64,000 bases of DNA from an uncultured Flavobacteriaceae bacterium (lineage in GTDB: Bacteria; Bacteroidota; Bacteroidia; NS11-12g; UBA955). Both the position numbers and the translations under genes were made by a program. Below, piece by piece: positions 20,214-31,509 of this stretch. The notes beneath the pieces are model-generated. The model was not told the origin of the DNA, searched no databases, and saw only the letters and a list, made by a program, of their open reading frames with translations. The stretch is taken from the NCBI GenBank assembly GCA_964626685.1, contig CAZVJY010000002.1, positions 128,246-192,245 on the forward strand. Reading direction: 5' to 3'. Numbering within the stretch: position 1 is the first letter of the stretch; every line of letters starts with the position of its first letter.

Positions 20214-20981
20214 ATGAAACTTACCCTTAAACGCCCGCTGGTTATTTTTGATCTTGAAACAACCGGGGTTAATACCTCTTCCGACCGCATCGTGGAAATC
20301 TGTATGATTAAGGTTTTTCCCGAAGGCCACGAAGAACTGCGCACCTATCGCATCAATCCGGGAATTCCTATTCCACCACAAGCTACTGCCGTGCATGGCA
20401 TTTCAGATGAAGATGTAGCCGATAAACCCACCTTCAAAATGCTGGCAGCAGAATTGAATCAGTTCATGCAGGAATGTGATTTTGGCGGATTTAACAGCAA
20501 TAAGTTTGATTTCCCTATGCTGGTGGAAGAATTTTACCGCGCCGGCCTGGAGTTTGAGGTAGAAAAGCGCAAATTCATCGATGCACAGCGTATTTTTCAT
20601 GTGAAAGAACCAAGAAACCTCACGGCTGCTTATAAATTCTATTGTGACCGCACTCTGGAAAATGCCCACAGTGCCGAGGCTGACACCCTGGCGACATGGG
20701 CCATTCTAAAAGCCCAGATTGAACGATACGATGATTTGCCCGGCGACATTGATGCCTTGCATAAAATGAGCGGACAGAGCAATCTGGCAGACCTTGCAGG
20801 AAGATTTGTTTTCAATGACGCAGGAGAAGTTGTGTTTAATTTCGGAAAGCACAAAAACAAAAAAGTAAAAGATGTGCTGCGTGATGAACCCGGCTATTAC
20901 AATTGGATGATGGACGGTGATTTTCCCATGCAAACCAAAAACGTACTGACCCGCATACGGCTGAGCATGCGCAACGAATGA
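20214..20981 (+). CDS. DEDDh-type 3'-5' exonuclease (DnaQ/epsilon-like) domain protein
   Basis: LVIFDLETTG Exo I motif, a later H-x4-D motif (HSAEAD), and a C-terminal extension. Confidence 0.75.
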   Translation: MKLTLKRPLVIFDLETTGVNTSSDRIVEICMIKVFPEGHEELRTYRINPGIPIPPQATAVHGISDEDVADKPTFKMLAAELNQFMQECDFGGFNSNKFDFPMLVEEFYRAGLEFEVEKRKFIDAQRIFHVKEPRNLTAAYKFYCDRTLENAHSAEADTLATWAILKAQIERYDDLPGDIDALHKMSGQSNLADLAGRFVFNDAGEVVFNFGKHKNKKVKDVLRDEPGYYNWMMDGDFPMQTKNVLTRIRLSMRNE

Positions 20982-21697
20982 AACAATTTTCCAAAGAATT
21001 TGAATCCTGGATACTGTACCGCGACGATGACTTTATCGTTGTAAACAAACCGCCATTTGTACCATCTCTGCACGAACGCGGCAAGTTTACCCATATTTCT
21101 CTGCTCGAAATGGCCCGGGAGTTTCATCCCGATGCTACCCTTTGTCACCGACTGGACCGCGAAACCAGCGGTGCTGTTGTAATTGCCCTCCATGCTGAAG
21201 CATACCGTCATATGAGCATTCAGTTTGAAGACCGCAAAGTGGAAAAAATTTACCACGCGGTGGTGGAAGGTCAGATACAATTTGACGACCACCTAGTGGA
21301 TTTGCCCATACAGACCGAAATACCCGGCAGGGTAAGAATTGACCGCTCAGGCAAGCCCTCGGCCACGTTCTTCAAAACCCTGGAAATCTTCCGTCATTTC
21401 ACCCTCATGGAGTGCCAGCCGGTTACCGGAAGAATGCACCAGATTCGCGTCCATCTTGAATCACAAAACACCCATATCCTCGCAGATGAACTTTATGGTG
21501 GCAAAACCTTTTTGCTATCGCAACTAAAACGCAAGCACAAAGGCGAAGACAGTCCGCTGATAAAACGTTTTGCCCTCCATGCCGCCGTGATTGCCTTTCG
21601 CAAAATGGATAACGAAGTGCTGGGCATAGAAACGCCCTACCCAAAAGACATGGAAGTGTTGTTGAAAATCCTTCGCAAATACGATGCGGTTTCATGA
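20978..21697 (+). CDS. RluA family pseudouridine synthase
   Basis: The catalytic motif HRLDRETSGAVVIA is present. Its start overlaps the upstream stop by 4 nt (ATGA). Confidence 0.8.
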   Translation: MKQFSKEFESWILYRDDDFIVVNKPPFVPSLHERGKFTHISLLEMAREFHPDATLCHRLDRETSGAVVIALHAEAYRHMSIQFEDRKVEKIYHAVVEGQIQFDDHLVDLPIQTEIPGRVRIDRSGKPSATFFKTLEIFRHFTLMECQPVTGRMHQIRVHLESQNTHILADELYGGKTFLLSQLKRKHKGEDSPLIKRFALHAAVIAFRKMDNEVLGIETPYPKDMEVLLKILRKYDAVS

Positions 21698-22641
21698 GGT
21701 TGCTGGTAAAAATATGGCCCTTTTTTATTGGAGTTGTACTTTGGATGGCCTTTTCCACACCCCCGGATTTCAATGAATTGACTGAAGCACAGATGGGAAG
21801 AAAACTGTTTTTTGACAAACGGTTTTCACTCAATAACAGCATCAGCTGTGCCGATTGTCACATTCCTAACTTTGCTTTCTCAGACACAACCGCATTATCC
21901 AAAGGTTTTAACAGGGAAAGAACCACCCGCAATGCGCCACCGCTGACCAACCTAACCGGAAGACCTTACTTTTTCTGGGATGGACGTTCACCCAGCCTCG
22001 AAGACCAGGTCCTTCATCCCATTCAGCATCCGGTAGAAATGGGATTAACCCTTAAAGAACTGAACAAAAGACTAAGGGCAGATAAATTCTATGTAAATTG
22101 GTTTAAAAAACATTACGGAAAACTCCCTGACGCCTACCTGGCCGCCCGAGCCATTGCCGCATTTGAGCGCACCCTCGAGACCGGCAATGCGCCTATTGAC
22201 CGATTTATGGACGGAGACTCCGGCGCAATCAGCATTTCAGCGATGCGCGGCCGTGATGTTTTCACCGAAAAAGGAAAATGTTTTGAATGCCATTTTACAC
22301 CGGATTTTACGGCCGATGAATTCAAGAACATTGGATTGTTCAATGCCAAAAACCTAAATGACAGCGGCAGATACATAGTAACCAAAAACCCGGCGGATCT
22401 GGGTAAATTCAGGGTTCCGGGCTTGCGAAATGTAACCCTTACTGCGCCTTACATGCACAATGGAATGTTCAAAAGCCTGGAAGAAGTTATCGATTACTAC
22501 AACGATCCTGCGTCGGTGGTTCCGGATGGCATCAACCGCGACACGTTGCTGATTGGCAAATTAAACCTCACTCCTCAGGAGAAAGCAGACTTGCTGGCCT
22601 TTTTGCAAACCCTGACTTCTGCTTCCGCTTCGCGCAAATAA
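21694..22641 (+). CDS. di-haem cytochrome c peroxidase (CCP/MauG family)
   Basis: Two CXXCH motifs, CADCH and CFECH. N-terminal signal anchor. Its start overlaps the upstream stop by ATGA. Confidence 0.85.
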   Translation: MRLLVKIWPFFIGVVLWMAFSTPPDFNELTEAQMGRKLFFDKRFSLNNSISCADCHIPNFAFSDTTALSKGFNRERTTRNAPPLTNLTGRPYFFWDGRSPSLEDQVLHPIQHPVEMGLTLKELNKRLRADKFYVNWFKKHYGKLPDAYLAARAIAAFERTLETGNAPIDRFMDGDSGAISISAMRGRDVFTEKGKCFECHFTPDFTADEFKNIGLFNAKNLNDSGRYIVTKNPADLGKFRVPGLRNVTLTAPYMHNGMFKSLEEVIDYYNDPASVVPDGINRDTLLIGKLNLTPQEKADLLAFLQTLTSASASRK

Positions 22642-22649
22642 TCCCGATC

Positions 22650-23120
22650 ATGAACGCTGCTAAGCCATCATCCAAAGAACTTGGAGAAATTTCAGAGAAA
22701 CTTCGAAGGCTAAAAAAGAAACCGCCAGGCAATCTTGACCGGCAATTTGAGGAAGCACACGACGCGGTTTTTTCTCAAACAGACTGTCTGACTTGCGCCA
22801 ACTGCTGCAAAACCGCTTCACCCATGTTGTTCGAAAAAGATATTGAACGACTGGCAAAGCATTTAAAACTGAAACCCGGTGCTTTTATTGAACAATATTT
22901 GTTCCTCGATACCGACGGAATTCATGCTTTTAGGCAAACGCCTTGTTCGTTTTTAGGCAATGATAACTACTGCAGCGTATATGAACACAGACCCAAAGCC
23001 TGCAGGGAATATCCGCATACCAACATGCGAAAAATGCACACATTGCTGACCCTGGCTGAAAAAAACCTGCAAATTTGTCCGGCGGTTGCCCAAATTGTGC
23101 AACGCATTGAAAATGCCTAA
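22650..23120 (+). CDS. YkgJ family cysteine-cluster protein (UPF0153)
   Basis: The CLTCANCCKT CxxCxxCC motif, plus later Cys residues. Confidence 0.7.
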   Translation: MNAAKPSSKELGEISEKLRRLKKKPPGNLDRQFEEAHDAVFSQTDCLTCANCCKTASPMLFEKDIERLAKHLKLKPGAFIEQYLFLDTDGIHAFRQTPCSFLGNDNYCSVYEHRPKACREYPHTNMRKMHTLLTLAEKNLQICPAVAQIVQRIENA

Positions 23121-23168
23121 AACCCTGCAGTTTGGGGCAGGCTGTAGCGTATATTTGCAGTGCATTTT

Positions 23169-24959
23169 ATGAAAAACATCCGCAACTTCTGCATTATAGC
23201 CCATATTGACCACGGTAAAAGCACGCTGGCAGACCGTTTGCTGGAATATACCGGAACCCTGGATAAACGCCAGCTACAGGCACAGACCCTGGACGACATG
23301 GACCTGGAACGCGAACGCGGTATTACCATCAAGAGCCACGCCATCCAGATGAATTACAGCCTGGATGGTCAGGATTACGTGCTAAACCTGATTGACACTC
23401 CCGGTCACGTGGATTTCAGCTATGAAGTTAGCCGTAGCATTGCCGCCTGCGAAGGCGCCCTGCTGATTGTGGATGCCAGCCAGGGTATTGAAGCGCAGAC
23501 CATCAGCAACCTGTTTATGGCGCTGGAACACGGACTGGAAATCATTCCCGTGCTCAATAAAATTGACCTTCCCGGCGCCATGCCAGAAGAAGTGAAAGAC
23601 GAAATTGTGGAATTGCTGGGCTGCAAGCGAGAAGAAATTATTTCTGCCAGTGGTAAAACCGGGCAGGGCGTTTATGATGTGCTTCGTGCTATTATCGAGC
23701 GTGTTCCTGCCCCCAAAGGAAATCCGGATGCACCGCTGAAGGCGCTTATCTTCGATTCAGTTTTCAATTCCTTCCGAGGAATTATTGCCTATTACAGGGT
23801 GCTTGATGGCAGCATCAAGAGCGGACAGCATGTAAAATTCATGAATACCGGCCTGGATTACCACGCCGATGAAATTGGCGTACTGAAACTGGACCTTGCA
23901 CCCAAAAAACAAATTTCAGCAGGTGATGTGGGCTATATCATTTCCGGCATCAAGGATGCCAAGGAAGTAAAGGTTGGTGATACCATTACTGATTTTGAGA
24001 AACCGGCTTCCGAGGCCATTAAAGGATTTGAAGATGTGAAACCCATGGTTTTTGCCGGTATTTATCCGGTAGATACCGAAGACTACGAAGAACTGCGGGA
24101 GAGCATGTCAAAACTGCAACTCAACGATGCCTCTATTGTTTTTGAACCTGAAAGCTCGGCGGCACTGGGTTTTGGATTCCGCTGCGGATTCCTGGGCATG
24201 TTGCACCTGGAAATTATTCAGGAACGCCTGGAGCGTGAGTTTGGTATGACAGTAATAACCACCGTGCCAAACGTTAGCTACAACGCCTACGATACGAAGG
24301 GAGAAGAAATACTCGTAAATAATCCCAGTGATCTTCCCCCACCGGAGAAGATTGATTATGTGGAAGAACCTTATATCACAGCCTCTGTCATTACCAAATC
24401 TGAATATGTAGGATCGGTGATGAGCCTTTGTCTGGATAAGCGCGGCATATTAAAAAACCAGGTTTACCTAACCTCCGAGCGGGTAGAAATGACCTTCGAA
24501 ATGCCGTTAGCGGAAATTGTATTTGATTTTTATGACCGCCTGAAAACCATCAGCCGCGGGTATGCCAGCTTTGACTATCAGCCATTGGGCTACAGGGAAA
24601 GCAAGCTGGTTAAGATGGATATCCTCCTAAACGGAAAACAGGTAGATGCACTGAGCGCCATTATTCACCGTGATAATGCGCATGACCTCGGCAAGAAAAT
24701 TTGCAAGAAACTGAAAGACCTGATTCCCAAACAACAATTTGAAATTGCGATCCAGGCTGCCATTGGGGCCAAGATCATATCGCGTGAAAACATCTCTGCC
24801 ATAAGAAAAGATGTAACTGCCAAATGTTATGGTGGCGATATCAGCCGTAAGCGCAAACTGCTCGAAAAACAGAAAGCGGGCAAGAAACGCATGCGTCAGG
24901 TGGGCAATGTTGAAATTCCCCAAAGTGCCTTTATGGCTGTATTGAAACTGAACGATTAA
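23169..24959 (+). CDS. lepA: elongation factor 4 (LepA)
   Basis: [27 protein letters not shown]1 motif, [13 protein letters not shown], and the LepA-specific C-terminal domain. The ORF track starts at 23160, but the Met at 23169 matches the canonical N-terminus. Confidence 0.9.
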   Translation: MKNIRNFCIIAHIDHGKSTLADRLLEYTGTLDKRQLQAQTLDDMDLERERGITIKSHAIQMNYSLDGQDYVLNLIDTPGHVDFSYEVSRSIAACEGALLIVDASQGIEAQTISNLFMALEHGLEIIPVLNKIDLPGAMPEEVKDEIVELLGCKREEIISASGKTGQGVYDVLRAIIERVPAPKGNPDAPLKALIFDSVFNSFRGIIAYYRVLDGSIKSGQHVKFMNTGLDYHADEIGVLKLDLAPKKQISAGDVGYIISGIKDAKEVKVGDTITDFEKPASEAIKGFEDVKPMVFAGIYPVDTEDYEELRESMSKLQLNDASIVFEPESSAALGFGFRCGFLGMLHLEIIQERLEREFGMTVITTVPNVSYNAYDTKGEEILVNNPSDLPPPEKIDYVEEPYITASVITKSEYVGSVMSLCLDKRGILKNQVYLTSERVEMTFEMPLAEIVFDFYDRLKTISRGYASFDYQPLGYRESKLVKMDILLNGKQVDALSAIIHRDNAHDLGKKICKKLKDLIPKQQFEIAIQAAIGAKIISRENISAIRKDVTAKCYGGDISRKRKLLEKQKAGKKRMRQVGNVEIPQSAFMAVLKLND

Positions 24960-25046
24960 TTCCAAGCCGGAATTTCCAGATAGTTTGGAAATCCGATAGA
25001 AATCGCCTATATTCGAAGATATAGGTTTGTTAATATTTTTATCATT

Positions 25047-26150
25047 TTGGAATTATTTTATTTGTTGTCATTGTCTCAAATTCCCGGTATTGGCCCCATT
25101 TCAGGGAAAACGCTTATTAGCCATTGCGGCTCGGCCGAAGCTGTTTTTAAAGAAAAGAAGCGTGTCTTGGAAAAAATCCCCGGAATCGGCAGCATGGGCG
25201 CTTCTGCCATCAGGCAAGAAAGCGGAGCTTATGTGGCAGAAAAGGAGCTATCGTTTATCGAGAAGGAAGGTATACGGGTTTTACCATACACCTCTGCTGA
25301 ATATCCCATCCGGCTTAAACAAATTCTGGACAGCCCTCTCCTGCTTTTTGTAAGAGGTAATACCGAACTCAACCCCATGCGCACCTGTGCCATTGTGGGT
25401 ACGCGAAAAAACACACCGGAAGGTGCTCAGACTGCGCGCAGCATTGTTTCCGGCTTAAAACAGCACAACTGCCATATTATCAGCGGACTTGCTTTTGGCA
25501 TTGACATTGTGGCACATAAAACGGCCGTGGATGAGCAAATCCCTACGATTGCTGTGGTTGCACATGGACTTGATATAATATATCCATTAAGGCATAAGCC
25601 TGTTGCCGAAAAAATGCTGGCCTCGGGTGGCGCCATTATAACCGAGCTTTTTAGCGGCACCCCGCTGCATCCAGATTTGTTTCCGCGCAGAAACCGTATT
25701 GTTGCCGGTATGAGCGACACCGTGGTGGTCATTGAAAGCATGATCAGGGGCGGCAGCATGATCACCGCACAAATTGCCCACAGCTATGACCGGGATGTAT
25801 TTGCTGTTCCCGGTAAACCCGGTGATAAAATGAGTGAAGGGTGTAATTTCCTAATCAAAAACCTAAAAGCAGGGCTTTGCGAAAATGCCGGCGATGTGAC
25901 CAGAGGCATGAACTGGGATATTGGAAGTGTAAAGAAAACAAACGTTCAAACCTCCATGCTTTTTGACCTTTCGCCAGAAGAAAAGTTGATTATGGATTGC
26001 CTGAAAGGCAAAGCCAGACATGCGGACGAACTGCTATTATCTACCGGACTTCCAATGAGCCGTCTAACGCTTTTGTTACTGGAAATGGAAATGAAGCAAA
26101 TGGTAGGCAGCCTGCCTGGGAAGATGTATAAGAATCTCGCCTTCGGCTGA
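25047..26150 (+). CDS. dprA: DNA-processing protein DprA (Smf)
   Basis: N-terminal HhH-like region, then a Rossmann-like domain with GLAFGIDIVAHKTAV and GGSMITA motifs. Confidence 0.85.
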   Translation: MELFYLLSLSQIPGIGPISGKTLISHCGSAEAVFKEKKRVLEKIPGIGSMGASAIRQESGAYVAEKELSFIEKEGIRVLPYTSAEYPIRLKQILDSPLLLFVRGNTELNPMRTCAIVGTRKNTPEGAQTARSIVSGLKQHNCHIISGLAFGIDIVAHKTAVDEQIPTIAVVAHGLDIIYPLRHKPVAEKMLASGGAIITELFSGTPLHPDLFPRRNRIVAGMSDTVVVIESMIRGGSMITAQIAHSYDRDVFAVPGKPGDKMSEGCNFLIKNLKAGLCENAGDVTRGMNWDIGSVKKTNVQTSMLFDLSPEEKLIMDCLKGKARHADELLLSTGLPMSRLTLLLLEMEMKQMVGSLPGKMYKNLAFG

Positions 26151-27998
26151 TTACTTTTTACCGCCCGGCTTGCGGGTATTGCCCTGGGTCTTCTGCTGCT
26201 GAGCCTTCATTACTTCTTCAAGGCGGCGTGAGAAATTGCTTTTCTTAACCGGCTTTTTACGGGCTTCCGCAATCTGTTGATGCAGTTTCTGATCGTCAAC
26301 CAAACGACGGATAGCAAATTGCTGTCCGAAAGTGACCATATTGCTCACAAAGTAGTACCAGGTGAGCCCGCTGGGATAATCGTTCAGTACACCAAGGAAA
26401 ATGATAGGCATGATGTATCCAATCCATTTCATTTGCCCGGTCACACCCGAAATCTGGTTATTCAGATGGGTATAAATAAGGGTGGAAATGGTCATCAGCA
26501 AGGTAAATAAACTGATATGGTCACCATATCCGGGAATATGAAAACCAAACTCAAGAATGCTGTCATAGGCACTCAGGTCGGGACTCCACAGAAATGATTT
26601 CTGCCTTAGTTCGAACAATACAGGAAAGAATTGAAATAAAGCAAACAAGATAGGCATCTGCAACAGCATGGGAACGCAACCGCTCATAGGATTAACTCCG
26701 GCTTTCTTATACAAGGCCAGATTCTCCACCTGTATTTTTTGCATATCATTGCCATACTTTTCCTTTATCTGGTCAATTTCCGGTTTTAGGATGCGCATTT
26801 TGGCCGTAGATATATAGCTTTTATATACGAGGGGCAGCAAAATGAACTTGATGATCAGTGTAAGCAGCAGAATAAGAACACCCATACTCCCGATTTTCCC
26901 GTCAAGGAAGTTGAAAATAGGCAGCACCATCCAACGGTTAACCCAGCCAAAAATACCCCATCCAAGTGGAATCATGCGGTGCAGTTCATGGTCCGTAAAT
27001 CCGGGATTTACCGCTTGCAATGTCTTGTAACTGTTGGGTCCAAAGAAAAAGGACATATTCCAGGTCTTTTCCTTTTCCCTGCTGTAGGGCAGGTATAGTT
27101 CCGATTGCATATCCTTGATGTAACCGGGCTCCCGGGATTCTTTCCACTCAAGATTGCTTCCCTGCGCAAACCCATCCTTGTTGATGATGGTAGCATTGAA
27201 ATATTGCTGTTTAAACGCTACCCACTGCAGGTTTCCGGGAATTTTCTCCAGTCTTTCGGGACTGCTTGATGATAGAGATTCAGGATGCTCGCCGGGAACA
27301 CGGTACGCAATAGTACTATGCTGATTTTCAAACTGCATTCCCTTCTCCTGTTTGTGGAGAAGTGCTCTCCAAATAAGTTTGAGGTCATTGCTGCGCTGAA
27401 ACTCATTTTCCAGGCCTTGAACTTTTACACTGTAATCCAGTAAAAATTCCTGTTTTGACAGTGTATATTTCTGTTCAATGAAACCACCATTGCCATTGTC
27501 GAGGCGAAAGGTTATACTTTCAGGGGTTTGCGATGCAATCTGCCAGTTAAATCTGTCGGTTCTTAAAACATCATTTTTGGTGGTAATTTCATAAAAAAAT
27601 TCCGTGTGTTTTTTATCCAGCAAAATCAGGTCGGTAGAGTCTGCCCGACGAAACGGGTTCAGTTTGACCTGCGTTGGTCTGCCACCCATGGTAGTAAAAG
27701 AAACCGACATAGAAGCATTGGCCAGTGTCACTTCCGACGACTGACCGCCAAAGTGCCTTGAAAACCCACCGTAAATGGTTTTCAGCAGTGAACTGTCTTT
27801 TTCTGCTTCTGAAGATTTTAATGTATCGGTGAAAACATTGTTTTGAGCCGATTTTTTACCGGCAGCTTCGGTTTTAGCCAGGCTGTCAGCCATTCTTTTT
27901 TGACTGGCAATTTCCTGCTCAGAAGGAGCAGCCCACCAGTAATAGCCTACCAGAATCAAAAAGATGAGCGAAAAACCTATGATTGTATTGCGATCCAT
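26151..27998 (-). CDS. yidC: membrane protein insertase YidC
   Basis: 615 aa. N-terminal TM helix, a large periplasmic domain, and a C-terminal 5-TM Oxa1 core with a basic tail. Its stop abuts the dprA stop with no spacer. Confidence 0.9.
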   Translation of the reverse strand: MDRNTIIGFSLIFLILVGYYWWAAPSEQEIASQKRMADSLAKTEAAGKKSAQNNVFTDTLKSSEAEKDSSLLKTIYGGFSRHFGGQSSEVTLANASMSVSFTTMGGRPTQVKLNPFRRADSTDLILLDKKHTEFFYEITTKNDVLRTDRFNWQIASQTPESITFRLDNGNGGFIEQKYTLSKQEFLLDYSVKVQGLENEFQRSNDLKLIWRALLHKQEKGMQFENQHSTIAYRVPGEHPESLSSSSPERLEKIPGNLQWVAFKQQYFNATIINKDGFAQGSNLEWKESREPGYIKDMQSELYLPYSREKEKTWNMSFFFGPNSYKTLQAVNPGFTDHELHRMIPLGWGIFGWVNRWMVLPIFNFLDGKIGSMGVLILLLTLIIKFILLPLVYKSYISTAKMRILKPEIDQIKEKYGNDMQKIQVENLALYKKAGVNPMSGCVPMLLQMPILFALFQFFPVLFELRQKSFLWSPDLSAYDSILEFGFHIPGYGDHISLFTLLMTISTLIYTHLNNQISGVTGQMKWIGYIMPIIFLGVLNDYPSGLTWYYFVSNMVTFGQQFAIRRLVDDQKLHQQIAEARKKPVKKSNFSRRLEEVMKAQQQKTQGNTRKPGGKK

Positions 27999-28111
27999 GT
28001 TGAAGGGGCGAAATTACGTATATTCTGCCTAAATTCACAGTAGAAATGCCTTGGAAAGGATGCTTAAAAAACCAATGCATGCGTTATAAAAAGATTTCGT
28101 TATTAATATGA

Positions 28112-29664
<1,553 letters not shown>

Positions 29665-29665
<1 letters not shown>

Positions 29666-29895
29666 TGATTGTAGAAATTTTAACTCCCGATAAAACATTG
29701 TTCAGCGGTGAAGCCGATGTAGTAACCCTACCCGGAGCACACGGCAGTTTTCAGGTTTTAAAAAACCACGCACCTATGATTGCCAATCTGAGCAAAGGAA
29801 CCCTCAGCATCAACTCTGTTGAAGGCAAACAGCAGTTTGAAGTGAATGGAGGCCTTGTCGAGGTGCTTAAAAACAAGGTAATCGTACTCGTTTAG
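29665..29895 (+). CDS. atpC: F0F1 ATP synthase subunit epsilon (short form)
   Basis: 76 aa. It overlaps the atpD stop by 1 nt. The N-terminal beta-sandwich sequence is typical of epsilon. Confidence 0.8.
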
Positions 29896-29916
29896 TACAA
29901 AAACCATAGATTAAAC

Positions 29917-29951
29917 AAAAAGGGATGGCTGCTTGCCATCCCTTTTTGTTT
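29917..29951 (+). terminator. rho-independent terminator after atpC (bidirectional-looking)
   Basis: AAAAAGGGATGGCtgcttGCCATCCCTTTTTGTTT. A perfect 8-bp GC-rich stem with an A-run upstream and a T-run downstream. Confidence 0.65.
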
Positions 29952-30163
29952 ACCATTTTGTCACGACAATATCATTTGTATTGTTTAACTTTTCAACAAC
30001 TACATAAAACAAAACAAAACACCAAACATAGGAAAAGCCTCTCTGCAATTGGTTTTTAGGGCGTTTACATTACACTCAGCCCTTGCCGCGCTTTTATCTG
30101 TTTAACTTTTGATATTGAATACCTATACAAAAAGCTTGAACAAAAGACAAGTTTTGTTAAACT

Positions 30164-30718
30164 TTGCTAAACAAATCTATGACAAAACTAACCTCAGACT
30201 TCAACAAACTCATGGTGCATGAATTGCAACCACTGAGAAACTATGCATTGTCGTTGACCCACAATATGGACGATACGAAAGACCTGGTGCAGGAAACCCT
30301 GTTGAAGGCCCTGCGCTACAAAGACAAGTTTGCTGAAGGCACCAATCTTCGCGGATGGCTCTACACCATCATGAAGAACAACTTCATCAACAACTATCGC
30401 AGGGATGCCAAAAGGAACACGTTTCTTGACAGCACTGACAATACCTATTTCATCGATTTGCCTTCACACCGCGTAGACAATGACGCGGAACTGAAGTTTA
30501 TCCGTAAAGACCTGGAAGAAGCCATCGATAGCCTGCCACTTGAGTTAAAAATAACCTTTACCATGAATGCGGAAGGTTACAAGTACCATGAGATTGCTGA
30601 AGAGCTCAACATACCCATTGGTACAGTAAAAACAAGAATATTCGTTGCCAGAAGAATTCTTCGCGAACAATTGGCCTCCTATGGTTCTGAATTTGGCATG
30701 AATGCAATGAATGCATAA
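30164..30718 (+). CDS. RNA polymerase ECF-type sigma-70 factor
   Basis: Region 2 reads LVQETLLKALRYKDKF...GWLYTIMKNNFINNYRR. Region 4 has an HTH (YKYHEIAEELNIPIGTVKTRIFVAR). The start could be the downstream Met (MTKLTSD). Confidence 0.85.
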   Translation: MLNKSMTKLTSDFNKLMVHELQPLRNYALSLTHNMDDTKDLVQETLLKALRYKDKFAEGTNLRGWLYTIMKNNFINNYRRDAKRNTFLDSTDNTYFIDLPSHRVDNDAELKFIRKDLEEAIDSLPLELKITFTMNAEGYKYHEIAEELNIPIGTVKTRIFVARRILREQLASYGSEFGMNAMNA

Positions 30719-30750
30719 CATTTATTAACGAACTTTGCAGGCATCCCACA

Positions 30751-31500
30751 TTGGGATGCCTTTTTTATAATATGAGCAACAACACCTATCTCTGGATTGA
30801 CATCGCAACCATCGCAGGCCCACTTGCATTGTCTTTTGACAAAAGGGTTGCGTTTCATACACAGTGGAAATATTTCCTTTCTGCCATGCTCATTACTTCA
30901 GGTATATACCTCATTTGGGATGTGATTTTTACTGCCATTGGCGTTTGGCATTTTAACCCGGCATTCGTAACCGGTTTTTATATTGGAAACCTGCCTTGGG
31001 AGGAAATCTTTTTCTTTATTGCCATTCCCTATTCGTGCCTGTTTATTTATGCTTGTTTGCGCCATTACTTTCCACGCCTGGAAAACAGAAATGCAGGACG
31101 AATCATTTCACTCGTATTACTGGCATTCAGCATTGGGATGGTGGTATTGCATTATAACAAACTGTACACCGCGGTTACATTCAGCCTGATTGCATTTACA
31201 CTGCTGAACCAGCTACTCGTGACACGGGGAAGTTACATGTCACATCTCTATGCGGCATGGTTTCTGAGCATTATTCCTATGATGGTGGTGAACGGGCTTC
31301 TGACAGGGTTGCCCATCCTGATTTATGAAAACACAGAAAACCTGGGAATCAGGGTTCCATCCATGCTTCCCGGCATGCAATATGGCATTCCGGTGGAAGA
31401 TTTCTTTTACAATTTATTGTATATGATGTGGATGATCTGGATTTACGAAGCCAGAAAAAACAGAAAAGCCATTCACCTCTTTACCCCTGAACCGGAGTAA
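30751..31500 (+). CDS. lycopene cyclase domain-containing membrane protein (CrtYcd-type, two half-domains)
   Basis: 249 aa with about 7 TM helices. FNPAFVTGFYIGNLPWEEIFFFIAIPYSCLFIY resembles the conserved PxEE(L/I) core of the lycopene-cyclase domain. Assigned from memory of the family, not from a search. Confidence 0.5.
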   Translation: MGCLFYNMSNNTYLWIDIATIAGPLALSFDKRVAFHTQWKYFLSAMLITSGIYLIWDVIFTAIGVWHFNPAFVTGFYIGNLPWEEIFFFIAIPYSCLFIYACLRHYFPRLENRNAGRIISLVLLAFSIGMVVLHYNKLYTAVTFSLIAFTLLNQLLVTRGSYMSHLYAAWFLSIIPMMVVNGLLTGLPILIYENTENLGIRVPSMLPGMQYGIPVEDFFYNLLYMMWMIWIYEARKNRKAIHLFTPEPE

Positions 31501-31509
31501 ATACGGTTT

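Noticed and set aside
24960-25046. Possible hairpin after lepA (CGGAATTTCC...TGGAAATCCG)
   Set aside because: The stem is imperfect (one base short) and lacks a convincing T-run, so it is not reported as a terminator.
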